64,000 bases of DNA from Rhizomicrobium sp. (GTDB lineage Bacteria > Pseudomonadota > Alphaproteobacteria > Micropepsales > Micropepsaceae): positions 23,112 to 87,111 of the forward strand of contig DATASO010000016.1 in NCBI GenBank assembly GCA_036269195.1, written 5' to 3'. Made by a program: the position numbers and the translations under genes. Below the pieces are notes generated by a model. The model was not told the DNA's origin. It saw only the letters and a program-made list of their open reading frames with translations, and did not search any database. Below are positions 37,570 to 47,315 of this stretch, piece after piece. Numbering within the stretch: position 1 is the stretch's first letter; each line of letters starts with the position of its first letter.

Positions 37570-38937
37570 TCAGGGCGCGCTGAGCGAGGCTGTCTGGATC
37601 GCACCAGACGAACCACGGCGCGTACGCGCAGACGCAAAGCGAGTTCCGTTGTGCCCGGCCGCTTCCGCCACGCGCCCGTTCAATCGCGTGGTTTCCAGCG
37701 TGTTGGACGGCAGCGCCGTATCCGCGCGCACAGCGCCGGAAATCAGCGAGGCCACGTTGTTCGCGTCCAGACCGGCGCCGGTGATCACCACCACCATATC
37801 CAGACTGGGCACGACAGCGATGCGCTGGCCGCCGACGCCGTTCGCCTCGAAATCCGGTGGGCCGCCCGCATGGCCGCGCTCAGGATAAATCCACATGCCG
37901 TAGCCGTACTGCACGCCCGGTTGCACACTCACCTGCGGGCTGAGCGCCGCGTTGAGATATTCGGCCGGCACGATCTGCCGCCCTTCCCACGCGCCATGAT
38001 GCAGCCACAGGTAGCCCAGCTTCGCCATGTCGCGCGGTTGCATGCGAAGATCGGAGAAGCCGTGGCTGTTGCCATCGCGATCCTTCGCCCAGGAGACGTG
38101 CGTGATGCCGAGCGGTGCGAACAATTCGCTTTTCGCGTACTCCGACGCAGCTTCACCCAGGCTGCGCGTCAGCACGGCGGAAACCACCTGCATGTTGCCG
38201 GCGCAATAGGTGAAGGTGCTGCCGGGCCGCGCCACTTCCTCGCGCGCGAGCGCGAATTCCGCCCAGTGCGGGCTCTGCTCCATGGCCTGCAGGAAATTGC
38301 CGCCGCCGTTCCCTGCGCAAGCAAGACCCGACGTCATGCTGAGCATGTGCGCGAGCGTGAGCTGGCGCTTGAGCGAATCGTAAGCGGCGGCCGATTCCGG
38401 CAGGTACGCCACCACCGGCGTGCGCAGATCGGAAATGCGGCGCTCGCGCATGGCCATGCCCACCAAGGTGGAGGTCACGCTCTTGGTGACGGAGAACACG
38501 TCGTGCAGCTGGTTGTCGCCGAAAGGCGCGAAATACGCATCGAGCACGATCTTGCCGTGCCGCTCGATCAGCAGGCTGTGAACCGGAATGTGCCGCGCGC
38601 GGATGGTTTCCATCGCGTCGGCAAGCACGCGGGAATCGACGCCTTGCGCTTCCGGCGTGGAAGTCGCCCAGCCATGCGTCGGCCAGGTGCCATTGGCGTC
38701 GCGCGCCTGCATATTGGCAACGGTTGCGGCCGGCGGCATCACGGCCAGCGCCACTTCCGTGGGCGCCATCTGCCCTGCAGCATGTCTGACGCGGAAGTCC
38801 TGAGCCTGCGCGGCGGCGGGGACAAGCGTTAGCAATGCGGCAGCGGCCCATGCGCGACGCGCCGCAATTGCCGTACGCCCAAACCCCTTCGACACCGATC
38901 GCACCATCGCAGTGGGGCGAAACACGCCCGTTCCCAA
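37570..38937 (-). CDS. serine hydrolase, beta-lactamase/PBP4*-like family (secreted)
   Basis: SxxK motif 'FSVTKSVTS' and signal peptide '...LTLVPAAAQA'. Alternative start ATG 38907. Confidence 0.8.
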   Translation of the reverse strand: MGTGVFRPTAMVRSVSKGFGRTAIAARRAWAAAALLTLVPAAAQAQDFRVRHAAGQMAPTEVALAVMPPAATVANMQARDANGTWPTHGWATSTPEAQGVDSRVLADAMETIRARHIPVHSLLIERHGKIVLDAYFAPFGDNQLHDVFSVTKSVTSTLVGMAMRERRISDLRTPVVAYLPESAAAYDSLKRQLTLAHMLSMTSGLACAGNGGGNFLQAMEQSPHWAEFALAREEVARPGSTFTYCAGNMQVVSAVLTRSLGEAASEYAKSELFAPLGITHVSWAKDRDGNSHGFSDLRMQPRDMAKLGYLWLHHGAWEGRQIVPAEYLNAALSPQVSVQPGVQYGYGMWIYPERGHAGGPPDFEANGVGGQRIAVVPSLDMVVVITGAGLDANNVASLISGAVRADTALPSNTLETTRLNGRVAEAAGHNGTRFASARTRRGSSGAIQTASLSAP

Positions 38938-39198
38938 CGGCCACCATGCTTAGGCCCCAGCACTTGCAATGGGGTGAAACGGCTTCGGCGGATTCATTGG
39001 AATGCGTTAGCCAAATCTGTGATGGTTCTCGTGTGTTCGCCACGGCACAGCGGCGGTTTCAGAGTTAAGGTTCGGCAAAATAGTAAATGTTGTGCCGCCG
39101 GAGGGCGAAAAGTCGAGCAAATGTGGGCCCGCCATGTGCCATTTGAGATGGCTCGCCTTCGCCCGCTGCTTTACATTTGAGAGGAAAGGAGTGCCGGA

Positions 39199-40770
39199 AT
39201 GTTCACCGACAGCGGCGTAACGCGCACCGCGTTGCATGGCAAAGGCCGCAAGGCGGTACGCCGGGATGGTAAGCAGGTATTGCTGATCGCGGCCGCCGAG
39301 GGTGTGTTCGCCATCGCCAATTGTTGCCCACATGAAGGGTATCCCCTGAGCGAAGGCACGCTCGGGCCGGACTGTCTCCTCACCTGCAACTGGCACAACT
39401 GGAAATTCGATTTACGCACCGGCGAAGCGCTGGTGGGGCGCGATCCGGTGCGCACGTATCCGGTCGAACTGCGGGGCAACGAGATATTTTTCGATCTTGC
39501 CGATCCCCCGGCCGACATGCAGCGAAGGCGCGCGCTGAAAGGCCTCGATGCGGCCATCGCGGACAACGACATGGCGCGAATGGCACGCGAGCTGGCGCGG
39601 CTCGATCATGCGGGCTTCGATGCGCGCAGTGGCCTTTCGCACGCCATTGCAGCACGCAACACGGGGCTGGAAGATGGCATGACGCATGCGCACGCCGCCG
39701 CGGCCGACTGGCTGATGCTGGCCGACCGCGCGCCATCGCCGGAGAAGCGGCTCACGGCGTTGTTGGAGCCCGTGGCGCATCTGGCAGAGGACATCTTGGG
39801 TGCCGGCGAATTTCCGTATGCGGACAGCCGCGCGGAATGGGACGCGCACGCTTTCGTCGCAGCGGTCGAAGCCGAGGATGAATCTGCCGCGGCCGGCTTG
39901 GTGCGCGGCGCGATCGCGCAAGGCCTGCTGTATGATGAAATCCGTCCAGCGTTCGGCGAAGCGGCGCTGGCGCATTATGCCGATTTCGGTCACTGCGCCA
40001 TCTACACCTTCAAGACGGGCCAGCTGATCTCGCGCCTGAACGCAGACGCCACGGAGCCGCTGCTGCTCGCGCTCACCCGCATGCTGATCCGCTCCACGCG
40101 GGAGGAGCGGCTGCCGGAATTCCGCTTCTATGCCAAAGCGCTCGCTGCATGGAACGGCGAGGGCGGCGAACCCGCGCGTGCAGAGGATTTCCTTGGTACC
40201 TCCATCGACGGCGCACTGAAGCGCGTACTCGCCAGCTCGGGCCAAAGCACCCGCGAGCTTTACGATGCGCTGCTCGGCGCTGCCGCATGGAACCTGCTGC
40301 ATTTCAATCGCGCATTCGAGCAGGCGGCTGACGGCGCGATTGCCGACAACATCAACTGGCTCGATTTCACCCACGCCCTCACTTTCGCCAATGCCTGCCG
40401 GAACATTTGCGAGCAATGCCCGGAGCTATGGCCGCGGGCGTTGCTGCAGATGGCGCTATTTGTCGGCCGCAACCGCAAATATGTCAGCGCCGATCAGGAG
40501 GTTGCCCGCTACCGCGTGAACGACCGTGCATCATTCCTCACGCACGAAATGTCACGGCTGTACGATCACGGCGTTCCGGAACCGATCATCGCCTGCCATC
40601 GCGTGAAGGTGCTGTTCGCTCTGGAAGACGAGTTAGCCGCTGCGCCGGACGCGCCATGGGCCGATGAGATGTTCGCTGCCGTGAACCGCTATCTCGACAC
40701 GCCGATGAAGCGTCACCACGGCCTGCGCACCGCCACCCAGGCGCTGGCCTTCATCGCCCGCGAGGCATGA
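39199..40770 (+). CDS. Rieske [2Fe-2S] domain protein with an uncharacterised C-terminal domain of about 400 aa
   Basis: 'CCPHEG...(17 aa)...CNWHNW' is a Rieske CxH...CxxH site in the first ~100 aa. The rest is helix-rich and His-rich with no family recognised. A GGAG RBS precedes the ATG. Confidence 0.7.
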   Translation: MFTDSGVTRTALHGKGRKAVRRDGKQVLLIAAAEGVFAIANCCPHEGYPLSEGTLGPDCLLTCNWHNWKFDLRTGEALVGRDPVRTYPVELRGNEIFFDLADPPADMQRRRALKGLDAAIADNDMARMARELARLDHAGFDARSGLSHAIAARNTGLEDGMTHAHAAAADWLMLADRAPSPEKRLTALLEPVAHLAEDILGAGEFPYADSRAEWDAHAFVAAVEAEDESAAAGLVRGAIAQGLLYDEIRPAFGEAALAHYADFGHCAIYTFKTGQLISRLNADATEPLLLALTRMLIRSTREERLPEFRFYAKALAAWNGEGGEPARAEDFLGTSIDGALKRVLASSGQSTRELYDALLGAAAWNLLHFNRAFEQAADGAIADNINWLDFTHALTFANACRNICEQCPELWPRALLQMALFVGRNRKYVSADQEVARYRVNDRASFLTHEMSRLYDHGVPEPIIACHRVKVLFALEDELAAAPDAPWADEMFAAVNRYLDTPMKRHHGLRTATQALAFIAREA

Positions 40771-40868
40771 ACCGCTCTTGGTGACCCGCCGAAATTCGGG
40801 AAAGCGCGGGAGCGGCATATCTGTTCCTCCGCGTTGCCGCTATCAGGTGAAACCAAAGGAAGTTTTGG

Positions 40869-41357
40869 ATGAACCCCCAAGTTAGGTCTGAAGACGCCGC
40901 CGATTGGGACAGCATGTGGCAGCTCCACGCGGATGCGTTTCCGACACGGGCGGAAGCGGATCTGATCAACAGGCTTCGCGATGATGGCGATGCGGTTATT
41001 TCCCTTGTCGCTGTTGTGGACCGAAACATCGCCGGCCATGTGCTGTTCTCGAAGATGCAATCGCCGGAGCGGTTTCTTGGTCTGGCGCCGGTCGCGGTGC
41101 ACGCCTCGTATCGCCGGCAAGGAATCGCGGATGCGCTGATCCGGGAAGGTCTGGCGCGCGCAAAGGCGGAAAGCTGGGCCGGTGTGTTCGTTCTCGGCGG
41201 CGACTACTACAAGCGCTTTGGCTTCGATCCGTCGCTGGCGGCGGGCTTCCGTTCGCCTTATACGGGGCCGCACTTGATGGCGCTGTCGCTTCAGCGTGAG
41301 GGCATGAACATCCGCGCCGGTCTGGCGGACTACGCGCGGGCGTTTGCAACTCTGTAA
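40869..41357 (+). CDS. GNAT family N-acetyltransferase
   Basis: 'LAPVAVHASYRRQGIADALIREGL' acetyl-CoA motif A and a 'YYKRFGF' C-terminus. Confidence 0.8.
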   Translation: MNPQVRSEDAADWDSMWQLHADAFPTRAEADLINRLRDDGDAVISLVAVVDRNIAGHVLFSKMQSPERFLGLAPVAVHASYRRQGIADALIREGLARAKAESWAGVFVLGGDYYKRFGFDPSLAAGFRSPYTGPHLMALSLQREGMNIRAGLADYARAFATL

Positions 41358-41490
41358 TTGAAAAAATTTCGGCGGCGCTGGTAAAATGGCCTCGCGTTTC
41401 CCATGTGGGAAGTGCGAGCTCCGTCATTCGCATGGCAGCCGCTGAGTGCCGCGAAATGTGCAGAATCTTTGAGTTCGACTGCTCGCGTCC

Positions 41491-41519
41491 ACGATAAACC
41501 ACAACATGTTGTGTTGTGG
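41491..41519 (-). terminator. possible intrinsic terminator after the MarC-family gene
   Basis: The minus strand reads CCACAACA-caaca-TGTTGTGG followed by TTTATCG. The stem is AT-rich, so it is weak. Confidence 0.3.
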
Positions 41520-41542
41520 GGAATGAAGCGGAGGATACGCGG

Positions 41543-42157
41543 CTACGGAATCGTGCCGGCGGGGAGAATATCCTTCACTGCGTTCACGATAGTCTGCATC
41601 GCCAGCGCGGCCAGGATAATGCCCATCACACGACTGATCACGTTTGTGCCGGTGTCGCCGATCAGCCGCCGGATCGGTTCTGCGCCGGCAAGGCAGGCAA
41701 AGCTGATGGCCATTACGAGCAGCAGCATGACGGCCGTGCCCGCCTGCTCGGCAATCGAGAATTTGTAATTGTCGGTGAGCACCACGACGGCGGTGATGGC
41801 GCCTGCGCCCGCCATCATCGGCGTCGCCAGCGGAAAGATACTGACGTCGCCCGAAGGATGCGCTTCTGCAGCGCCCCCCACTTCGCCGTATAGCATCTTC
41901 AGGCCAAGGGTCAGCAGCACCACGCCGCCCGCCAGGCGGAAAGCGTTGAGCGAAATGCCGATGGACTCCATCACGATCTGTCCCACCGCCAGGAAGAACA
42001 GCAGGATGATGGTAGCGATAATGCAGGCGCGCAGCGCGATGCGCGTGCGCTCGCCCGAACTCTTGCCGCCCGTGAGCGCGAGAAAGATCGGCACGTTGGA
42101 AATCGGGTTGATAGTGACCAGCAACGTCATGAAGGCGGTAACGAGAGTTCCCACCAT
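41543..42157 (-). CDS. MarC family (UPF0056) integral membrane protein
   Basis: 'TAFMTLLVTINPISNVPIFLALT' is a typical MarC N-terminus. Start set at ATG 42157. Confidence 0.85.
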   Translation of the reverse strand: MVGTLVTAFMTLLVTINPISNVPIFLALTGGKSSGERTRIALRACIIATIILLFFLAVGQIVMESIGISLNAFRLAGGVVLLTLGLKMLYGEVGGAAEAHPSGDVSIFPLATPMMAGAGAITAVVVLTDNYKFSIAEQAGTAVMLLLVMAISFACLAGAEPIRRLIGDTGTNVISRVMGIILAALAMQTIVNAVKDILPAGTIP

Positions 42158-42176
42158 GTTCGCCCCTTGTCGCGCC

Positions 42177-43073
42177 TTATGCCGGAAGTTTGTCGGGATC
42201 GGCGGGTGGATCGCGCCACCACACATAGAGTGTGAGCAACGCCAGCAGCGGATACATCAGCAGGCTCGCTTCGGTGCCCAGCACGCCACCGGTGAGCCAT
42301 GTGGGGCCGCTGAATGTCACATCCAGCAAGCGGCCCTGCGGCACCAGCGCGCCGTTGGGCGAACCGATGACGAAGAGCTGCATGTAATCGAAGGCCGCAT
42401 GCAATCCGACCGCGAACCACAGATTGCCCGTCTTCAGCACCGAATAGCAGATGAGCAGGCTGAACCAGATCAGCGTGATCACGTCCCACACGTTTTCGCC
42501 GGTCTTGAAGAAGTAATGAATGCCGGCAAACACCGCCGCAATGATCAGGCTGGCCGGCCAGAAGCCGATCGCTTTCCACAATGTCTCGAGGAAGTAGGCG
42601 CGAAACCAGAATTCCTCCGCCACACCCACCAGCGCCATGACGAGCAGCCATTCAATTGCAGAGACGAGCAACGCGCTGCCGGATGTCGCCAGCCCATGTA
42701 CCTGCATGCCGCCCAGCGCGATCATGCCGAGCCCTACGCCGCCAGCGAGCACCACGCCCGCTGCCGCGCCCTCCCAAGTGCGCCGGCTGAGCGCCAGACC
42801 GATCGGCATGAAATAGCTGTCGATGCGGCGGGCTTCGTACCAGGCGAAAAGCCCCGTCGAAATCAGCGCGATGAGGAAGGAATCGCCGTCGCTCAGCGCC
42901 ACCAGCGCCGGCGTGAGCGCCACGCGCAGATGCATCGCCTGAAACACAGCCTTCGTCAGGGGGCCCAGCAGGTAAGGCAACGCCACGAAAGTAAGGAGGA
43001 AATAGAGCAGCGCGCGCCAATGCGGCCGCAGCAGCTTGTCCTGTCCGAAGAAGACGTTGGCGATAGTGGTCAT
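42177..43073 (-). CDS. CPBP family intramembrane glutamic endopeptidase (CAAX protease-like)
   Basis: Motifs 'VGVAEEFWFRAYF', 'AAVFAGIHY' and 'LHAAFD'. Confidence 0.8.
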   Translation of the reverse strand: MTTIANVFFGQDKLLRPHWRALLYFLLTFVALPYLLGPLTKAVFQAMHLRVALTPALVALSDGDSFLIALISTGLFAWYEARRIDSYFMPIGLALSRRTWEGAAAGVVLAGGVGLGMIALGGMQVHGLATSGSALLVSAIEWLLVMALVGVAEEFWFRAYFLETLWKAIGFWPASLIIAAVFAGIHYFFKTGENVWDVITLIWFSLLICYSVLKTGNLWFAVGLHAAFDYMQLFVIGSPNGALVPQGRLLDVTFSGPTWLTGGVLGTEASLLMYPLLALLTLYVWWRDPPADPDKLPA

Positions 43074-43112
43074 GTCGCGTGCCCCGTCCGCAAACGCGAC
43101 TGCCGGTACGAT

Positions 43113-43541
43113 CTAACGAGTGGCTTCGGGCGCTGCGCCTTCTTCCGCCCCACGCTCCACGCGCTCGCTGATGCGCGCGCTCTTTCCACGGCGCCCGCGC
43201 AGGTAATAGAGCTTCGCACGGCGCACGCGGCCCTTGCGCACCACCTGCACGGAATCGACCAGGGGCGAATACACGGGGAACACGCGCTCCACCCCTTCGC
43301 CGTACGAAATCTTCCGCACGGTAAAGCTCTCGTTCACACCTGCGCCCTGACGTCCGATGCACACACCTTCGAAGGCCTGCAGCCGCTCACGCGTCTTCGT
43401 CTGCTTGGCCTTTTCGTCCCAGCTCTGCTCGACCACTTTCACGTTGACCTTCAGCGTGTCGCCGGGGCGGAATTCGGGCAGGCCCCTGCCGCCGCGGACG
43501 GCCTTCATCTGCTCGGCTTCGAGCTGTTTCAGCAGGTTCAT
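43113..43541 (-). CDS. rplS: 50S ribosomal protein L19
   Basis: '[15 protein letters not shown]...[10 protein letters not shown]...[17 protein letters not shown]' is canonical L19. Confidence 0.95.
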   Translation of the reverse strand: MNLLKQLEAEQMKAVRGGRGLPEFRPGDTLKVNVKVVEQSWDEKAKQTKTRERLQAFEGVCIGRQGAGVNESFTVRKISYGEGVERVFPVYSPLVDSVQVVRKGRVRRAKLYYLRGRRGKSARISERVERGAEEGAAPEATR

Positions 43542-43645
43542 GGGTTCATTCTCCGCGGACGGCTGGGTTATGGCTGGCGCGCATTCCGGGCGGCGAACCG
43601 GTGTCCACTTCGCCTGAATGCGCGCTGGAAGCGCGGGGCTATAGC

Positions 43646-44347
43646 CTATGGCTTCCGCTTTTCATAGAGGGACCAGAGGTCGGGACGGCGGGATTTCGTC
43701 AGCTTTTCCGCCTGCTCGCGGCGCCATTTGGCGATTTCGGCGTGGTTGCCGGATGTAAGCACACCCGGGATGTCGTGGCCTTCAAAGGATTGGGGCCGGG
43801 TATACTGCGGGTATTCCAGCAGCCCGGCCGAAAAGCTTTCGTCGGCAGGCGAGGTTTCATCGCCCAGCACACCGGGAATGAGGCGGACGCAAGCCTCAAT
43901 CAGCGCCATGGCGGCGATTTCTCCCCCAGCCAGCACGAAATCTCCGATGGAAATTTCTTCCAGCTGCCGCGCCTCGATGGCGCGCTGATCCAGTCCTTCG
44001 AACCGGCCGCAGAGCAGGATGGCGCCGGGTCCGGTCGCCAATTCCCGCACCCGCACCTGCGTCAGCGGAGCGCCGCGCGGTGTCAGGTAGATGGCCGGGA
44101 CATTGGGATTGCTTTCGCGCGCGGCATCGATGGCCGCGCACGCTACATCTGCCCGCATCACCATGCCCGGCCCGCCGCCCGCCGGCGTATCATCGACGGT
44201 GCGGTGCTTGCCGAGCCCGTGCTCGCGGATATCGCGCACGTCCAAGGCCCAGAGATTTTTCTCGCGCGCCCTTCCGATCAGCGACGCGCCCAACGGTCCC
44301 GGGAACATCTCCGGAAACAAGGTCAGCACCGTCGCCCGCCAGATCAT
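43646..44347 (-). CDS. trmD: tRNA (guanine37-N1)-methyltransferase
   Basis: '[13 protein letters not shown]', '[12 protein letters not shown]' and '[11 protein letters not shown]' motifs. Confidence 0.95.
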   Translation of the reverse strand: MIWRATVLTLFPEMFPGPLGASLIGRAREKNLWALDVRDIREHGLGKHRTVDDTPAGGGPGMVMRADVACAAIDAARESNPNVPAIYLTPRGAPLTQVRVRELATGPGAILLCGRFEGLDQRAIEARQLEEISIGDFVLAGGEIAAMALIEACVRLIPGVLGDETSPADESFSAGLLEYPQYTRPQSFEGHDIPGVLTSGNHAEIAKWRREQAEKLTKSRRPDLWSLYEKRKP

Positions 44348-44685
44348 GACTGCATCTTCGCTACGAACTGGCGCAACATAGGTCCCATCAGCGGCGACAA
44401 CACCTTCAATGCGCGCTGATCATCCGCCACATTTTCGCAGAAACTGGCGCCGATCAACTCTCGGGCTTCGGCATCGCCAGACTTCAGTTGTTCTTCGAAG
44501 AAGACCATCAGCGCCTTAAGACGCAGCAATTCCGACCGATCATGGCAAGCGGCGATTACTTCTCGCGTCACGTCACCCATGAAAACGTGCGGCAATAGTT
44601 CATCGTTCATCGCCAGATGCTGTTCGTACGCGCCCTGAAACTGAGGCGCTGCGACGAGCAGCTTTTCGACGAAAACAGAGTTCAT
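44344..44685 (-). CDS. hypothetical 113-aa protein inserted between rimM and trmD
   Basis: ATGA overlaps at both ends (44344-44347 and 44682-44685). Visibly lower GC than the flanks. Predicted all-helical. No family confidently recognised. Confidence 0.6.
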   Translation of the reverse strand: MNSVFVEKLLVAAPQFQGAYEQHLAMNDELLPHVFMGDVTREVIAACHDRSELLRLKALMVFFEEQLKSGDAEARELIGASFCENVADDQRALKVLSPLMGPMLRQFVAKMQS

Positions 44686-45209
44686 TCCACGGAGCCGCGT
44701 GTCTCTGCTTCCACCTCTTCCGGCGCGGCGACGACAATGCGGTTTTCGGCAATGTCGATGGTGGGCACGATCTCACGGGTGAACGGCATCAGCACGGTCC
44801 CTTGTCCATCCTCATGTTCGATCTCGATCACATCGCCGGCGCCGAAATTGTGGATGGCGATCACCTTGCCGATGGCGCGACCCTCGGTATCTTCGGCCCG
44901 CAGCCCGATGAGATCGGCATGGTAAAACTCATGTGCCTCGGACTGCGGCAAGGCGCTGCGCGGAACATAAAGTTCGACGCCCTTCAGAGCCTCTGCAGCT
45001 TCGCGGTCGCCAACGCCTTCGAATCGCGCAATCGCTGCGTCTTTCGCCGCCGTACGCGCCCCAGCCAACAGGAACGTGCGGCCATCGCGCGTGTGCAGCG
45101 GACCATAGGCGCCGAGCTTCTCCGGCGTTTCGGTGAAGGTCTTCACCTTCACCTCGCCCTTCAGCCCCTGCGCGCCGACAACGACGCCAAGAAGAACATC
45201 GCCGGGCAT
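44682..45209 (-). CDS. rimM: 16S rRNA processing protein RimM
   Basis: 'LGVVVGAQGLKGEVKVKTFTE' N-terminal beta-barrel and a PRC-barrel C-terminus. Sits in the rpsP-rimM-trmD context. Confidence 0.92.
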   Translation of the reverse strand: MPGDVLLGVVVGAQGLKGEVKVKTFTETPEKLGAYGPLHTRDGRTFLLAGARTAAKDAAIARFEGVGDREAAEALKGVELYVPRSALPQSEAHEFYHADLIGLRAEDTEGRAIGKVIAIHNFGAGDVIEIEHEDGQGTVLMPFTREIVPTIDIAENRIVVAAPEEVEAETRGSVE

Positions 45210-45224
45210 AGTGCCCTCGCCGAC

Positions 45225-45575
45225 TTAGGCCGCGGGGGCTTCGGCTGCTTTGGCAGCCGCGGCCGCGCGCTCCTGCGCCTTCTTCTTCGGCTTGGACTTT
45301 TCGGGATTGCTCTTCTGCAGGGGCTTTACCAGGCCCGCATCGGCGAGGAAGCGGTGCACGCGATCGGTGGCGACAGCGCCCTTCGCCATCCAGGCTTTCG
45401 CCTTGTCGGCATCGAGCTTCAGCCGGTCCGCATGGTCTTTCGGCAGCAGCGGATTGTGGAAACCGATCTTCTCGATGAAGCGGCCATCGCGGGGCGAATG
45501 CGAATCCGCGACAACGATATTGTAGTGCGGGCGCTTCTTGGTGCCCCCGCGCGCAAGCCTGATTTTCAGTGACAT
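45225..45575 (-). CDS. rpsP: 30S ribosomal protein S16
   Basis: '[38 protein letters not shown]' is canonical S16. Confidence 0.95.
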   Translation of the reverse strand: MSLKIRLARGGTKKRPHYNIVVADSHSPRDGRFIEKIGFHNPLLPKDHADRLKLDADKAKAWMAKGAVATDRVHRFLADAGLVKPLQKSNPEKSKPKKKAQERAAAAAKAAEAPAA

Positions 45576-45602
45576 GGAATTCGTTCCCTTGGTTAGAGTT
45601 TT

Positions 45603-45720
45603 CCTCCCCCGTTTACGGGGGAGGTGCTGAGCGAGCAGTTCGCGAGCGAAGCGGAAGGGGGACTGGTGCGCGCCCCCTCCGTTCCGCTGCGCGGAACACC
45701 TCCCCCGTAAGCGGGGGAGG
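45603..45720. repeat. hairpin-rich palindromic (REP/MITE-like) intergenic element
   Basis: Two near-identical 22-nt hairpins CCTCCCCCG-nnnn-CGGGGGAGG (45603-45624 and 45699-45720) bracket inner hairpins: AGGGGG...CCCCCT at 45656-45678 and GTTCCGC-tgc-GCGGAAC at 45681-45697. Confidence 0.5.
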
Positions 45721-45741
45721 AAAGATATGCGTGCGCTTCGG

Positions 45742-47127
45742 TCATCGCCGGCTGCCGAAAGCGCCGGGTGGAAGATTGGGCATGCCGCCGCCGCCCATGA
45801 TGCCGGCCAAACCGGCCGGCAGGCGGCCGCCGGATTTTTTCATCGCCTTCATCACATCGGCCATGGAGCGGTGCATCTTCATGAGCTTGTTGACCTCGCT
45901 CACTTCCACGCCGGCGCCGGCGGCGATGCGCTTGCGGCGAGAGCCGTTGAGCACATCCGGATTGGCACGCTCTTTGCGCGTCATCGAGGAGATGATGGCT
46001 TCCTGCCGGGTGAGAATCTTGTCGTCCAGTCCCGCCTGCGCGAGTTGATCCTTCACCTTGCCGACGCCGGGAAGCATCGACAGCACCCCCGTCATGCCGC
46101 CCATCTTCTTCATCTGGCGCAGCTGCTCGGCGAGGTCGTTCATGTCGAACTCGCCCTTGCGCATTTTCGCGGCGAGCTTCTCGGCCTTGTCCTTGTCGAG
46201 AACTTCCGCGGCTTTCTCGACCAGGCTGACCACATCGCCCATGTCGAGAATGCGATTGGCCACCCGCTCCGGATGGAACGACTCCAGCGCATCGAGCTTT
46301 TCGCCCACGCCCAGGAACTTGATCGGCGCGCCGGTCACGCTGCGCATGGAGAGCGCCGCGCCGCCACGGGCATCGCCGTCGGCACGCGTGAGAATGATGC
46401 CGGTGAGCGGCACGCGCTCGTTGAAGCTTTTGGCGATATTCACCGCGTCCTGGCCGGTTAGGCTGTCGGCGACCAGAATGGTTTCGTGCGGCTTGGTGAC
46501 TTCCCGCACCGCCGCCACTTCCGCCATCAGCTGCTCGTCGATGTGCTGGCGGCCGGCCGTGTCGAGGATGAGCGCGTCGTAGCCGCCGATACGGGCCGCG
46601 GCCATGGCGCGCCGCGCGATATCGACGGGCGTCTGGTTGGCGACGATCGGCAAGGTGGGCACGCCCGCCTGCTCGCCGAGAATTTTCAGCTGTTCCATCG
46701 CGGCGGGGCGGCGCACGTCCAGCGACGCCATCAGCACGCGCTTTTTTTCTTTGCTCTGCAGCAGCAGGCCGAGCTTGGCGCTTGTGGTGGTTTTTCCCGA
46801 GCCCTGCAGGCCTACCATCAGAATGGGTGAAGGCGGCGAGCCGAGATCGAGCCCGGCGGATTCTTTACCCAGCGTTTCAACCAGCACGTCGTGCACGATC
46901 TTGACGACCTGCTGACCCGGCGTGACGGAGCGGATGACGTCAACACCCGTTGCGCGCGGGCGCACGCTATCGACGAACTGCTTGACGACAGGCAGCGCCA
47001 CATCGGCTTCGATGAGCGCTGTGCGGATGTCGCGCATCGCCTCATCGACATCGGCTTCCGTCAGCGCGCCGCGCCCGCGCAGGCGGTCGAAGGTTTCAGA
47101 TAAGCGGCTCGTCAGACTATCGAACAT
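45742..47127 (-). CDS. ffh: signal recognition particle protein Ffh
   Basis: '[18 protein letters not shown]', '[10 protein letters not shown]', 'DTAGR' and a Met-rich M domain. Confidence 0.96.
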   Translation of the reverse strand: MFDSLTSRLSETFDRLRGRGALTEADVDEAMRDIRTALIEADVALPVVKQFVDSVRPRATGVDVIRSVTPGQQVVKIVHDVLVETLGKESAGLDLGSPPSPILMVGLQGSGKTTTSAKLGLLLQSKEKKRVLMASLDVRRPAAMEQLKILGEQAGVPTLPIVANQTPVDIARRAMAAARIGGYDALILDTAGRQHIDEQLMAEVAAVREVTKPHETILVADSLTGQDAVNIAKSFNERVPLTGIILTRADGDARGGAALSMRSVTGAPIKFLGVGEKLDALESFHPERVANRILDMGDVVSLVEKAAEVLDKDKAEKLAAKMRKGEFDMNDLAEQLRQMKKMGGMTGVLSMLPGVGKVKDQLAQAGLDDKILTRQEAIISSMTRKERANPDVLNGSRRKRIAAGAGVEVSEVNKLMKMHRSMADVMKAMKKSGGRLPAGLAGIMGGGGMPNLPPGAFGSRR

Positions 47128-47315
47128 CGGTCCTCGAATTCACAAAGCACAAGCGCCCCAGGGGGCGCACCTGCGCTGCCTGAGGGCGATCACCGGCCTT
47201 GCCGGCGACCGGAAAGTCCTAAGCCTTTCCGGAATGGGCGGGATTTAGGGGGAGGGTGGCGGTAAGTCAATGCAAACCAATGGTGGTTTACCGTTGGCGC
47301 ATGCGACGCATCCCT

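Noticed and set aside
47150-47166. GC-rich palindrome GCGCCCCAGGGGGCGC immediately upstream of the ffh start.
   Set aside because: It is a very short stem with a minimal loop, there is no U tract in either orientation, and it is a single copy. It could be part of the ffh 5' UTR, but nothing supports a specific function.
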